Assembly (NCBI GenBank): GCA_963675785.1 | Contig: OY776562.1 | Coordinates: 640,001-704,000, forward strand | Length of the DNA: 64,000 bases | Direction: 5' to 3' | Source: Anaerolineae bacterium | GTDB taxonomy: Bacteria > Chloroflexota > Anaerolineae > UBA1429 | In this document: piece by piece, positions 20,567 through 31,408 of the stretch | Layout of the letters: the number at the start of each line of letters is the position of its first letter | Position numbering within the stretch: position 1 is the first letter of the stretch | Made by a program: the position numbers and the translations under genes | Notes under the pieces: generated by a model | What the model was told of the DNA's origin: nothing | The model's database searches: none | Seen by the model: only the letters and a program-made list of their open reading frames with translations

Positions 20567-23500
20567 AATTGTAGATGAGGGGAAAGCGCATTCTGGGGGG
20601 TAACGCGCTGCTAGTGAGTGTGACGCTCCGTTCTTGAGTTGGAGCGAGTGATGACTGAATCGTAAGTGTGCATGTATCAGTATCGCGCCAGTCTGCTGTT
20701 GCAGGTACGCTCACACTTACACGAATGATCGTCGATTCACCGGGGGATAGAGGCCCCACCAATGAAGGTGCTGTTACCGACCAGGTGTTTCCGGCAATTG
20801 AGATGACATAATAATCGCTCGATTGCCCTGTATTCGTTAATAAAATACTATGAACGGCTGTCTCGCGGACATAGCCTTCTGCGCTATTGGTGCTAGCGCT
20901 ATTAAAGCTGATACTGCCAGTTGTAGAGGCTACCGTCATGGTGATAGGAACCCACACCTGCGGCTGTAAAGGATCGTTGGTATTGATCGCAATAGCTGCA
21001 TGATAGGTACCGATTCCCTCTGTCGCAGTGGCATCGAGGGTGAGCGTGACAGTAGCTTCTTCGCCGGGGGCAACCACGCCCGATGTCGGGCTAGCACTGA
21101 GCCAATCGCTGTTACTGTCGAAGGCCCCCACATAACAGCGCTCCACCGTACTATAGATAGTTTGTCCATCGGCGCTTTGCCCACCGATGGCATAGAAATA
21201 ACCGTCGCCAGCGATTGCCCCTTCGAGATACCCCCTGGCCTGGTTCAAAGTTGGTAACGTGGGAGACACCGTCCATGTATTGCTCTCCACAGAGTACAAG
21301 GCCATGTCGTCTGACTCTCCCAGACTGCTGCTTCTGGGGCCGCCGGCAAGCCACAGGCCATCTACACCGACCCCATCAGCCATATAGCTCCAACGGGTAA
21401 GGGTGCTGCTATCGCTGGGCACCGAGGCGCCATAGCTCCATGAGGAACCATTCCATAGTTCTGTAGTGAGCAGCGGTGCCAAGCTGGAGATGATTCCGGT
21501 GACGCCACCGGCTGCAACAAGTGTGTCATCCACCCAACCTGCTGCAAAACCCAAGCGAACGGCAGTCATACTGGAACTTTGAGCCCAGATTCCTGTTGTG
21601 GTGTCCAGTATCCATACTTCATTAGTCAGGCTAGAGCCATCCAAACCACCGAGCACATAGACGTTGCTTCCTTTTACGGCGGTGGCATACTCCCATCGCG
21701 CACTGTAACCATTGTTCGCCGTAACGATTGTCCAGACATTCTGAAACGTATCATACACACAGGTTGTACCCGAGTCGGCATCTCCGGGGATGTAGATATG
21801 CCCGGCAATAACGGCAGCATCTGCTCCGTCAAGGGTGATCGGTGCGGATCCCAACTCTGTCCACGCATTGCTGGCGATATCATAGCAATACGTGGTGTTG
21901 GTCTTTTCTCCTGCTGCATTGCTACCACCGATCACATAGACCTTTTGGCCCACGGCGGCGATGGCGGGGCGTGTTCGTCCCTCGGGCAGGGAGGCCACGA
22001 CTTGCCAGGAATCGCCAGTTTCGGCAATAGTGTTCCCTATTACTTGCGCCTCGGCTGAGGAGAGCGTTTCAATAGCCGCCAGAACATCTTCGGAGAGCGG
22101 CTCAGTCAATCGCTCCGTCCGTATGCCGGTACTGGCCAGGCCGTTGCTGCCCAGATCTTGCTCGACGATCTCGTATTCAAGGTTAGTGGTCCCCTCATTG
22201 GCGATGCGCAGGGGATAGGTGAGTTGCTGGGATGTTGCGACCACGGCAGTGTAGCTGGTGGCGGTAATGACTGCCCGCGGCGCGCCCAACACAAAGTTGA
22301 CCTCTTGCGTAGTACCAGTGCTCATGTAGATGGACGAACTAGCGGTGTCATAATAAGGTGACGTAGCCTGGATGGTGGCGCAGCCTGTAGGGGTGAACAA
22401 GGTGTAAAAGCCATCATCTATATTCACGTCTGCCGTAGCGGCGGTTACCGTCAGGTAACCGCTCAGGTTACTGACTTTGGCATCGGCTAGGGGGGCGTCG
22501 GTGTCGATCGCGTACACTTGGCCCACCACCAAACCACCGCTGGTGCGCTTACAGGCCGAATCTCCAGCAAAGACGTGCACATCGTCGATCTGCCAGTACC
22601 AGTCATCATTGGCCCCATAATAGTGAAAACGCACCATCACCTGCGGTTGACCTGCAGCGATGCTGGAAATGTCGATTTCCTGAGCGTTGGGGCCGAGCAC
22701 ATCCTGCCCTTGAAGGCGATAGACGTTGATCCATGTGTATCCATTGTTGATGCTTACATCTACGTCAGCAATTTCGGTTTGCAAGTGCCTGAAGGATTGT
22801 TTGAAGGAGAGTGTTACCTTGCTGGTGCTGCTCATGTCATAGACGGGGCTGCGCAAGATAGTGTTGATGGTCGTGGCACCAGCATAGTCACTGTCGATGA
22901 TGGCAAAGCCACCCGTACCACCCGTTTCGTTATCCCGCTCACCTGGATCATCAAAACGCCAGGTGGCGCCAGTACCGGTTGAGATCCAATTAGAGGGCAG
23001 CGTTGTGCTGTCAAAAGTCTCAACGGTATCTTTGAACGAGGTTCCGGGCGCAGTGCACTCAGCGCAGGGGTAAAGGCCATAGGTGACCATGGAATCGGCG
23101 CTGGGCGCAGTAAAGCTGGTCGAGTAGGTGCGGTATCCGTCTACATAGGCTTCTATCTGGAAATCACACTCGGCCTGCTCCGGAATGTCAACGGCAAAGG
23201 TTCCCTCTACGGGGTCAGTCCAAACGATGTCCGACTGTACAGTACCCTCTTGATCTGTGAACTGGTAGGTAACACGTGTATAAAGTGGCCAGCTTGTCTC
23301 TGCATCAATAATTTTTCCTGAAAGGGTATAGGTTTCCAGTGGATCAAGCAGGAAGTTGAGCGTTTCGCTGGCGCCAGCGCCAATGGTTAGCGGATAGGAG
23401 ATGCTTTCGTAGCCATAAGCAGAAAGCGAAAGGGTGTAGGTCCCCGGCCAAATGGCTAGCGTGTAATTACCGGATGAATTCGTGCGTGCGGAAATGTCAT

Positions 23501-25157
23501 AGTTATCGTTGGTGGCCTGTATTTTGGCCTGCGAGATGGGAGCCCCTGTGGTCTGGTCGGTGATCTGGCCCTGCAATGTGGAATCGCCGCAATAGTCCCG
23601 AGCGGCCTCTACGGCGGCGGCGGCATCGATCTCACCCCACCCTGTCGTGTTATTCGGGTATTGGCCGTCCGGGTAAGAAGAACAGGATGCGGGTAAGCCG
23701 TTGGTTACGGCGTTTGCCGTCTGCTCCAAGAGATTCTCAGTGGTGGCGTAATCCCCAATCAAACAAGGGGCTGCCTGCCACATCAACGCGATGAGTCCGG
23801 ACACGTGTGGTGCTGCCATGGAGGTGCCGGTCAAAGAACGTAGCGAGGTATCGTTTAGATAGCTGGCTGAAAGAATGCTCGTACCCGGCGCGACCACCTG
23901 TGGCTTGAGATATGGATACCCCGATGGATTGACCGTATCAGCTTGGTCGCTGGGGCCTCGCACAGAGTAGGTAGCATAGATGCTACCGGTCTTGCTGGTG
24001 GCCCCTACGGCGGTCACGTTGCCATAGCGCGCTGGGTTCCCCACCGTCTCGCAGGCCTGGGTTGTGGTCGAAGAGCCATTGCCAGCCGAAAACACAGGGT
24101 AGATGCCGGCAGCCTGCCAGCTATCTATAGCATTTTGGAACCAATCGTCATAACTGCGCACAGTACCATTGCCATCTCCCCAAGAGTTGTTGACGATGTT
24201 CGGTCTGAGGTCCGGGTCAGCATCGAGGCCATCGGTGGTAGTGGGCGCCAGGACGAATTCGGCACATTCCAGCAGATCGGCTTCTTCACAGGTGGTGCCA
24301 GTGCAGCCTTTGCAGCCAATCCATTCGGCACCAGTGGCCATACCAATGATGTCTGTATCGCTGCTGCCAACCATAATACCCATGGTGTGTGTACCGTGTC
24401 CCTGGGTATCGGTCGGTTCATCATAGCTGGTGGTGGTGGCGTCGTACCAGTCATAGTCATGATCAAAAACACCGTTGCCTTCGTTGCCGCGATAGTTATC
24501 GACGAGCGTTTGATGGGTATAGCGTACTCCCGTGTCAATATTGGCCACCACGATGCCGCTACCATCGATGCCTTGAGCCCATACTTCAGGAGCGTTTACC
24601 TCATCAAGGTTTGGCTGTACGGTGGCCGTGCTCGATGTACTGATGCTGTCTGCTTCTATTGCCTCTTCTTCTACCTCGGGGATGGTAGCGATGTGCTGCG
24701 GCTCGATGGATTCAATCTCGCCGTAACATAGCAGGCCGTCAAAGTTGGTCACACTCATCCCCTCGACATAAATCGAGTTATTGATCCAAAACGAAGTGTG
24801 CTCGGTTCCAGTTTGGATGAGGTATTTGATGAGGGTGCTTTGATCGGAAAGGGTTTGAGCGCAAAGTTGTTCATACACATACTCGCCCCTCTCGATCCAG
24901 TCCATTTCATAAGCGGCCGAGAGTTCGGCTGTATCACGCATATAAATCATAAAGGAGGGCGAATCGCCAGCGGATACCTCTGCATAGAGTTCAGCATCGA
25001 CGAGGATACCCGTATCGGTGAGGAGCATGGGTGTAGTGCCATCGTCCGCAAGCGTTTGCGCGACCACGGTGCCGTAGGTGTTGTTGCCAGAAATGACAAC
25101 ACACATGACGGCGATGATGACCAGGCCGATGATCAGACGTCGCAACGATGCCCGCAA
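20565..25157 (-). CDS. Secreted S8 subtilisin-like protease (bacillopeptidase F-like) with carboxypeptidase-regulatory-like, adhesin-like, Kelch and Ig-like domains
   Basis: Catalytic triad IDTG / HGTHTMG / GTSMAAPHV; Kelch repeats (VYVIGG, YVLGG, YAIGG); signal peptide; TTG start after GGGAGG. Confidence 0.92.
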   Translation of the reverse strand: MRASLRRLIIGLVIIAVMCVVISGNNTYGTVVAQTLADDGTTPMLLTDTGILVDAELYAEVSAGDSPSFMIYMRDTAELSAAYEMDWIERGEYVYEQLCAQTLSDQSTLIKYLIQTGTEHTSFWINNSIYVEGMSVTNFDGLLCYGEIESIEPQHIATIPEVEEEAIEADSISTSSTATVQPNLDEVNAPEVWAQGIDGSGIVVANIDTGVRYTHQTLVDNYRGNEGNGVFDHDYDWYDATTTSYDEPTDTQGHGTHTMGIMVGSSDTDIIGMATGAEWIGCKGCTGTTCEEADLLECAEFVLAPTTTDGLDADPDLRPNIVNNSWGDGNGTVRSYDDWFQNAIDSWQAAGIYPVFSAGNGSSTTTQACETVGNPARYGNVTAVGATSKTGSIYATYSVRGPSDQADTVNPSGYPYLKPQVVAPGTSILSASYLNDTSLRSLTGTSMAAPHVSGLIALMWQAAPCLIGDYATTENLLEQTANAVTNGLPASCSSYPDGQYPNNTTGWGEIDAAAAVEAARDYCGDSTLQGQITDQTTGAPISQAKIQATNDNYDISARTNSSGNYTLAIWPGTYTLSLSAYGYESISYPLTIGAGASETLNFLLDPLETYTLSGKIIDAETSWPLYTRVTYQFTDQEGTVQSDIVWTDPVEGTFAVDIPEQAECDFQIEAYVDGYRTYSTSFTAPSADSMVTYGLYPCAECTAPGTSFKDTVETFDSTTLPSNWISTGTGATWRFDDPGERDNETGGTGGFAIIDSDYAGATTINTILRSPVYDMSSTSKVTLSFKQSFRHLQTEIADVDVSINNGYTWINVYRLQGQDVLGPNAQEIDISSIAAGQPQVMVRFHYYGANDDWYWQIDDVHVFAGDSACKRTSGGLVVGQVYAIDTDAPLADAKVSNLSGYLTVTAATADVNIDDGFYTLFTPTGCATIQATSPYYDTASSSIYMSTGTTQEVNFVLGAPRAVITATSYTAVVATSQQLTYPLRIANEGTTNLEYEIVEQDLGSNGLASTGIRTERLTEPLSEDVLAAIETLSSAEAQVIGNTIAETGDSWQVVASLPEGRTRPAIAAVGQKVYVIGGSNAAGEKTNTTYCYDIASNAWTELGSAPITLDGADAAVIAGHIYIPGDADSGTTCVYDTFQNVWTIVTANNGYSARWEYATAVKGSNVYVLGGLDGSSLTNEVWILDTTTGIWAQSSSMTAVRLGFAAGWVDDTLVAAGGVTGIISSLAPLLTTELWNGSSWSYGASVPSDSSTLTRWSYMADGVGVDGLWLAGGPRSSSLGESDDMALYSVESNTWTVSPTLPTLNQARGYLEGAIAGDGYFYAIGGQSADGQTIYSTVERCYVGAFDSNSDWLSASPTSGVVAPGEEATVTLTLDATATEGIGTYHAAIAINTNDPLQPQVWVPITMTVASTTGSISFNSASTNSAEGYVRETAVHSILLTNTGQSSDYYVISIAGNTWSVTAPSLVGPLSPGESTIIRVSVSVPATADWRDTDTCTLTIQSSLAPTQERSVTLTSSALPPRMRFPLIYN

Positions 25158-25187
25158 GATGAATGCCCTCCCAATTCGGATTTGTGG

Positions 25188-26084
25188 CTAGACGAGAACG
25201 GGCAGCCCCTCGTTCCAGATGACACGCTTTCTGGCAAGGTACCATGATTTGCCCATATCGTTGTTGCCCTGATAAAAGAGGTGGGTGGCATCGTCATCAT
25301 CGACAAAGACATAAGGGTGACCGGATTCCGAACTGTTCCAATCACTAGGGCCGCCATTTGGCAGGATGGGCTGGTCGGAAAGTCGCTCCCAGTGGACGGC
25401 ATCGTCGCTTACAGCACAACCGATTTGCTGGGGCATATTGTTATAGGCGCCAGCATAAAACATGTAGAAACGTCCATCGATGACGCAGACCGCTGGTGCT
25501 TCAATGCATTCTTGCTCCCAATCCAACTCTGGCTTGAGTATGGGGCCATCACAGAGCTGCGTCCAATTCTCTGCTCGCAGGTCGTCGACCGGAGCAGAAG
25601 AAACACCCAGCATCTGAATTTTAAAATCGGGGTCGCGCGTTGCCCAGAACAAATAGAGGATACCGTCACGCTCGGCCACATCGGCGTCGATCGCCCTGCC
25701 GCAATTCCAATCGCCTGTGGGCCGCACGATGGGGTTGGTGGGGTTTCGAGCAAAAGTCAGCCCGTCATTAGAGATGGCGTGGCAGATGGCATCTCGACGA
25801 CCATTGCCGTAGGTCTGGTAGAAAAGATGGAGTTGACCATTGTGCAGCCAGGCCGCGGGAGCACCAATACCTTTTTTCTCCAGATCGCCTTCTAGCTCTA
25901 GTTCGCCTACTTTGGTCCAGTTTTCCAGATCGTTGCTAGTAGCGATGCCAATTCCGAGTCCATCAGGTTCTCTACTATCGTTGTAGGGGGTTATGCTGTA
26001 ATACAACCAGTACTTGCCCAGAAAACGAACAACGGCCGGATCCTTGGCAAAAGGTCGACCGCGTGAGGTGTCTGCAAATAACAT
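25188..26084 (-). CDS. Five-bladed beta-propeller glycoside hydrolase (GH43/GH32/GH130-like)
   Basis: AKDP.V, repeated S.DG/L..W..., IDAD, IEAP.V..FYMFYAG. Confidence 0.8.
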   Translation of the reverse strand: MLFADTSRGRPFAKDPAVVRFLGKYWLYYSITPYNDSREPDGLGIGIATSNDLENWTKVGELELEGDLEKKGIGAPAAWLHNGQLHLFYQTYGNGRRDAICHAISNDGLTFARNPTNPIVRPTGDWNCGRAIDADVAERDGILYLFWATRDPDFKIQMLGVSSAPVDDLRAENWTQLCDGPILKPELDWEQECIEAPAVCVIDGRFYMFYAGAYNNMPQQIGCAVSDDAVHWERLSDQPILPNGGPSDWNSSESGHPYVFVDDDDATHLFYQGNNDMGKSWYLARKRVIWNEGLPVLV

Positions 26085-26097
26085 TTACTTATTCTCC

Positions 26098-27630
26098 TTA
26101 TGTTTTCTCATCTTTTTCCTGCGCTTTTGCACGTTGCATTTGTTCAAGTTCATCAATCTCTGCCATATATTTCGCCGCACAGTCGGGGCACAAGCCGTGT
26201 GTAAACTCGGCTTCCGAGTGCTCAGAGAAGTAAAGCTCGACTTCTTGCCAGTATCCGGCATCTGTGCGGATTTTCTTGCACGAGGCACAGATAGGCAAGA
26301 GACCACCTAGGGTTCGAACCTGAGTAAGCGCTCTTTGGAGCTCTTCAATAAGGTGACGACGTTCTTCTTCGGCTCGTTTACGGATAATAGCCTCAACAAA
26401 GGCTGTCGTCAAGGTTTCAGCATCGCTTTGATCTTGCTCACTATAGGGATCGGGCTTGTTAGCTAGCACCAGTCGCCCAAAGGTAAGCCCTTCATTGCGC
26501 AGTTCGAGAGACATGATACGAGCGATGGGCAGCGATTCCTTATTGGATAATTCAACCTGAAGAGTGGGAGATCCAGACACGATTTTCGAGAGTCTATCGC
26601 CTGAATCCAGGCCTATACCCTGATCTTGGAGTTGCTGGCAAAAGGCAGCATCGATATACATGCCAGGTTCTTCATCTGCAAAGGCAGTAAGTGCCACCTG
26701 ACTATCGAGTTGGATACAGGACACTTGGCTGCCAGTAATGCGCAATGCGAGCTGAACAAAGATCTCGGCAATGGCTTGCTCATTATTATCCATAATAGTG
26801 CCACGAAAGATCTGGTTGATGGCATCGAGCAGGGCTCGCTGTCGAGCGATTTTTTCGTCGGCGGCATGACGAGCTGTCACATCCTCTACACTGCCTTCGA
26901 TATGTACGCCCTTGTTACTTTCCGACACTACCGTTGCTGTTGCCCGTATCCAGGCCTGGCTTCCATCGCCGCGTACAAGGCAAAGCTCGCTTTCATCTAC
27001 GGGTTTTTCAGTCCTGAGAATATTCTGCCAGATTTGTGCCAAGTTACCGATGGCAAAGCGGTAAATCTCTGTGCCAATAAGGTCTTCTCGACTGACGCCG
27101 AGTATCTGAGCAAGCGCCTCATTAGCCGATAGAATGACGCCGTCCAGATTGAGGCTGTAAAGGCCGATGGGCATACTTTCGAACAGAGCGCGATACCGGG
27201 CTTCAGATACTTCAAGGGCGGCTTCGGCCAGTTGTTTCTCTTTGGCAACGCGCTCAGATTCGAGTACGTGGGCGAGTACTGTGGGGAGCAGATCCAGATA
27301 TCCACCGTCTACGTCTTTGATGAGATAATCACCGACGCCGAGCTTGAGTGCCTCAACCGCGAGGCTTTCATTGCCACTGCCTGTGATCATCACCATAGGC
27401 GGGGGAGCTGTTCCGGCCTTGAGGATTTGAACGACCTCCAGCCCATCTTTGCCGGGCATGTTATGATCAATAGCGACGAGGTCATAGTCACCTTCGCTGT
27501 ACATGCGGAGGCCTTCATCGCCATTCGACGCAATACTCACCTCATAGCCTGCACGTTTAAGACGCCGTTGCGCAAGTCGCGCAAGGCCGGCATCATCTTC
27601 CATGTACAGAACTCGGATGGGTTGTGTCAC
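26098..27630 (-). CDS. Response regulator: REC-PAS-GAF plus C-terminal Cys-rich domain
   Basis: MEDD..DHNMP..DYLIK receiver; PAS; ends in PICASCKKIR..W..THGLCPDC. Confidence 0.88.
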   Translation of the reverse strand: MTQPIRVLYMEDDAGLARLAQRRLKRAGYEVSIASNGDEGLRMYSEGDYDLVAIDHNMPGKDGLEVVQILKAGTAPPPMVMITGSGNESLAVEALKLGVGDYLIKDVDGGYLDLLPTVLAHVLESERVAKEKQLAEAALEVSEARYRALFESMPIGLYSLNLDGVILSANEALAQILGVSREDLIGTEIYRFAIGNLAQIWQNILRTEKPVDESELCLVRGDGSQAWIRATATVVSESNKGVHIEGSVEDVTARHAADEKIARQRALLDAINQIFRGTIMDNNEQAIAEIFVQLALRITGSQVSCIQLDSQVALTAFADEEPGMYIDAAFCQQLQDQGIGLDSGDRLSKIVSGSPTLQVELSNKESLPIARIMSLELRNEGLTFGRLVLANKPDPYSEQDQSDAETLTTAFVEAIIRKRAEEERRHLIEELQRALTQVRTLGGLLPICASCKKIRTDAGYWQEVELYFSEHSEAEFTHGLCPDCAAKYMAEIDELEQMQRAKAQEKDEKT

Positions 27631-28085
27631 GGATCTACACTTTCGGAGGGCACCTGAATCACACTGAGAAATAATCCCAGCTTGCGTATTGCCTCTGTAA
27701 AAGCAGTATACTCTACGGGCTTGGTAACGTAAACATTACATCCCATTTCGTAGCAGCGTTGAATCTCACGACGCTCATCGGTCGTGGTTAGAACGATGAT
27801 AGGGATATTATGGGTTAGTGGTTCGCTCTTGAGTTTCTCAATGACATGGTAACCGTCCATAACGGGCATGTTGAGATCCAGCAAGATGAGCAGCTGATTC
27901 GCTCGCTTGTGTCCCATAAAATCACCGCGCCCAAAGCAATAGTCCAGGGCCACTTGCCCGTCGGTCGCATGGATGATGTCATTGGCGATTCCCGCTCGGC
28001 GCAAGTTTTTCTCAATGAGTCTGGCGTGTCCAGGATCATCTTCGGCTAGCAAAATGGTCACTTGAGAACCTTCCATCACTATCAC
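27627..28085 (-). CDS. Single-domain response regulator (Rcp1-like)
   Basis: LLAEDD, LLDLNMP, CYEMGCNVYVTKP. Confidence 0.92.
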   Translation of the reverse strand: MIVMEGSQVTILLAEDDPGHARLIEKNLRRAGIANDIIHATDGQVALDYCFGRGDFMGHKRANQLLILLDLNMPVMDGYHVIEKLKSEPLTHNIPIIVLTTTDERREIQRCYEMGCNVYVTKPVEYTAFTEAIRKLGLFLSVIQVPSESVDP

Positions 28086-31000
28086 CTCATGTCCTTTGGA
28101 AGCGAGAAACTAAAAGTCGAACCGACATTCAACTCTGACTCAAACCATAACTCGCCCCCATGACGTCTTACCAGGGCCTGAACGTAGGGCAACCCCATGC
28201 CTTCACCGGGCACATCTTGGCGCCCTACTCTTCTGAATGGTGCAAAAACGTTAGCAAAGTCTTCCTCGGCAATACCCACCCCGTTGTCGTGAATATGGAA
28301 TATCCAATATCCATTCTCTTCTTCTGCTGAGATATCGATTTGAGCGGAACGGTCGTCCGAGAGGTACTTGACTGCATTGCCGATCAAATTGCCCAACACT
28401 TGCTGCATGGATGTATGATCGGCTTGCACAACTGGCAAATCACCGACAGTAACCTGTCCTTTGTGTTCAGCGATCTGATGACTCACTACAGCAACGGCAT
28501 CATCCACCGCCAGGCGCATATCCACGGGTTCTATCAAGAGTTCTCGCCGGCCCATTCTGGAAAGCTGAAGGAGTGCGTTGACCATATCATCCATGTTCCC
28601 AACAGCCCGCTCGATGAAACTGAGCGATTCAGGAATATCGTCATTCAAAATCGTGGATAGTTCATCTCGTTCTTCTTCATCCAGCTTTGCAAGGGCTTCC
28701 TGAACAGCGGGCTCGAGATCATGGATAGAGTATCGCAATTCCTGGGCAAACCCCTTGAGATTCACCAGGGGTGCGCGCAGGTCATGGGAGACAATATATG
28801 TGAACTGTCTCAATTCGTCGTTAGCACGTCGAACTTCTTCGGAGGATTGTTCCAACTGTTTGACGAACTCGACACGTTCAGAAATATCGGTGACTGACAT
28901 GGCTGTGAACAAGGGCTTGCCGTTGTCATCGCGAACCATAGCCCCGTTTAACATAACGGGGAAGGTTGATCCATCTTTGCGCATGTGAACAAGATCGTCT
29001 CTTGAAAAGTTGCCTTTGGTGAGGAGCAGCTTTCTGCATTCCTCCAGAGCTTGATGTTGTGTGACAGGGAAATAGGCTTCAACCGAAAGGCCTATTGCCT
29101 CCTCAGATGTATAACCATGAATATGCGCACAATATTTGTTGACATAGACAGTATGCCAATCAAGGTCAAGGATGCAGACGCCATAATTTGCTGTTTCTGC
29201 CAGCGTTAAAAATTTGAGCAACTCCGCCTCATAGGCATGGCGGCTAAGAGCACTAGAGAGGGTGTCGGCTACGAGTCGGAGGGGTTTGTCTCCATCTATG
29301 CCCCACACATAGGGTTCATTGATATTACAGAAGGCGACTATGCCAGATTCGCCGGTTTTGGATTGCAACGGCAAGGCGATAATCGATTCGATGCCATGAT
29401 CGCCGAGATACTTTTTAAGGCCAGCATCCATTTCAGTTTCGCGCATTCTTTCGATCGTTATCATAGACTGGGATTGTAACTGCCCTCTTAACCAAGAGTT
29501 ATTGGTTAACACTTGCCCGATATCTGTATGCTGTATTATGTCTCCAGTAGTTACAATCTGGACGCCGATCTTATTTTTACCGTTTAATTGTGCTAAAATC
29601 ACGGCAGAATCCGCTTTGATGAACTTGGCTACGGTTAGAAGCGTTTCTTTCACGGAGCTTTCAAAGTTCTCGAAAGAACTGCCCAACAGTTTGCCAAATT
29701 GCTCACTCCGAATTCGCTCAAACTGCGTATGGTATGCCAGAGCCTGCAGGGTCTCTTTTTCATTGGTGATATCATAAAGAACGCCATTGACTCGGATTTT
29801 TTCGTCTTCCCCTGGGGCTTGCTGTCCCATGGCGTGCACCCATCGATACTGGTCTTTGCCATTCCTGACGCGAAACTCTTCTGAATACCAGCTGGAAAGT
29901 CCGGTGAGGTGGCATTCCATGGCGTCCAGAATACGTGCCTGATCTTCAGGATGAACAAGGCTAATAAGACTGCGGCCAATCAGGGGATCTTGGACGTATC
30001 CCAAAAGTTCGAGCGAATAACTGTCCAGCGTATAAAGACCCGTCTCCGGATCAAACTCCCACGTTCCCAGGTTGGCACCCTGTAATGCCAGGTTCAGTCT
30101 TTGTTCGCTTTTCTCTCGGATTCGCTGAGCCTTGCGAAATTCGGTGATATCTCGACCGGATGACAATGTGCCGATGATCGTGCCCTCAGGTCGCCGTACG
30201 ATGCTGTGCTTCCAGGCAATGAGCCGGTTTTCGCCCGAGCGTGTGGTGATCAGGTTTTCTGTTTCTTGATCTAGTCCGGCCTCTAGGCGTATCGCCGCCT
30301 GGAAAATCTGATCAACGGCTCTCACTTGTTCGTCAGGGATGAAACTCATCCAATCCAGACCAACAAGTTCTTGAGGTGAGGCATAACCGAGTATCTGCGC
30401 GCCGGTACGATTGATCATGAGAATGTGGTGATTCTGGTCAAGGGCCAGGATGATCTCTGCGGCAACATCGAGGTAGCGCTGAGATCTGTCGCGTTCCTCC
30501 TCGATCTGTTCTTCGTAACGGTGTTGTTCTCTCAACGTGACGCTAGATCCTATAGCGAGCAGAAACACCATAACAGCCGAGATGCTAATGCTGATGAGGA
30601 GGACACTGCTTGAGGCGCTATCTCCGATGAAATCAAAAGCGGAGGGAATACGCTCACCGATTATGATGAGGTTGGTGCCTTCAATAGGGATGCCAGTAAC
30701 ATGAACTTGAACCTCGTCAGTGCGTGTCAAGTCCAACTGGGCTATATCTCCATCAAGCAAATTTTGGAATGACTCTTGGGACGTATAGCGGTTGTAGAGG
30801 GGATTATCTATAGATTCTGTAGATGAAGTGATTAACTCTATTACGGTTTCGCCAGAGTTTGTCGCAATCCAGACGTTTTCAAGATCAGACAGACTGTCAC
30901 CTAACGGTCCTGTCAGAAAGGCTGGGTCTGCCAGGGCAAAACTTGTTTGATCAGAGGCTAGGTAATCTGTAATGAGTAAATACATGTCCCCATCTACTTC

Positions 31001-31408
31001 CAGCCCCACTATTTGGTCAGTCGTTTGCCAGGTGATTGCGCTCTGAAGCTCGGCAATCGAGGCTGAGATACCCTGCGGGTCATCCGTTCGGGAGATTTGT
31101 TGGATACTCCCGGATACCTGATTGTAAGCGCCCACAACCAGAGCCCAAGGAAGTCGACGCAAAGCTTGGCTCGTGTCTCCAAAGGACAAACTGGCTTCCT
31201 GTTCATCAAGTTGGATGACCATAAGTCGAACTTGCAGTTCGACGAGATTGGCCGCAGCTTGAAGCTGAGTTGCTTGCAGTTCATCAGTGCTTTGCGCCTG
31301 TTGCGTTTCCAAAGAAGGAACGAGCAATAAAAACTCGAGTGCCAGGGTGATTAACAATACAGCAAGATAGAGCCCAATGAAATTTGGCCGCTTGCTCCTC
31401 TTCTTCAT
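28082..31408 (-). CDS. Membrane multi-PAS/GAF sensor histidine kinase
   Basis: Two TM segments, three PAS, GAF, SHDLRAPL, NLIGNAVKY, DNGVG, GEGMGL. Confidence 0.93.
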   Translation of the reverse strand: MKKRSKRPNFIGLYLAVLLITLALEFLLLVPSLETQQAQSTDELQATQLQAAANLVELQVRLMVIQLDEQEASLSFGDTSQALRRLPWALVVGAYNQVSGSIQQISRTDDPQGISASIAELQSAITWQTTDQIVGLEVDGDMYLLITDYLASDQTSFALADPAFLTGPLGDSLSDLENVWIATNSGETVIELITSSTESIDNPLYNRYTSQESFQNLLDGDIAQLDLTRTDEVQVHVTGIPIEGTNLIIIGERIPSAFDFIGDSASSSVLLISISISAVMVFLLAIGSSVTLREQHRYEEQIEEERDRSQRYLDVAAEIILALDQNHHILMINRTGAQILGYASPQELVGLDWMSFIPDEQVRAVDQIFQAAIRLEAGLDQETENLITTRSGENRLIAWKHSIVRRPEGTIIGTLSSGRDITEFRKAQRIREKSEQRLNLALQGANLGTWEFDPETGLYTLDSYSLELLGYVQDPLIGRSLISLVHPEDQARILDAMECHLTGLSSWYSEEFRVRNGKDQYRWVHAMGQQAPGEDEKIRVNGVLYDITNEKETLQALAYHTQFERIRSEQFGKLLGSSFENFESSVKETLLTVAKFIKADSAVILAQLNGKNKIGVQIVTTGDIIQHTDIGQVLTNNSWLRGQLQSQSMITIERMRETEMDAGLKKYLGDHGIESIIALPLQSKTGESGIVAFCNINEPYVWGIDGDKPLRLVADTLSSALSRHAYEAELLKFLTLAETANYGVCILDLDWHTVYVNKYCAHIHGYTSEEAIGLSVEAYFPVTQHQALEECRKLLLTKGNFSRDDLVHMRKDGSTFPVMLNGAMVRDDNGKPLFTAMSVTDISERVEFVKQLEQSSEEVRRANDELRQFTYIVSHDLRAPLVNLKGFAQELRYSIHDLEPAVQEALAKLDEEERDELSTILNDDIPESLSFIERAVGNMDDMVNALLQLSRMGRRELLIEPVDMRLAVDDAVAVVSHQIAEHKGQVTVGDLPVVQADHTSMQQVLGNLIGNAVKYLSDDRSAQIDISAEEENGYWIFHIHDNGVGIAEEDFANVFAPFRRVGRQDVPGEGMGLPYVQALVRRHGGELWFESELNVGSTFSFSLPKDMR

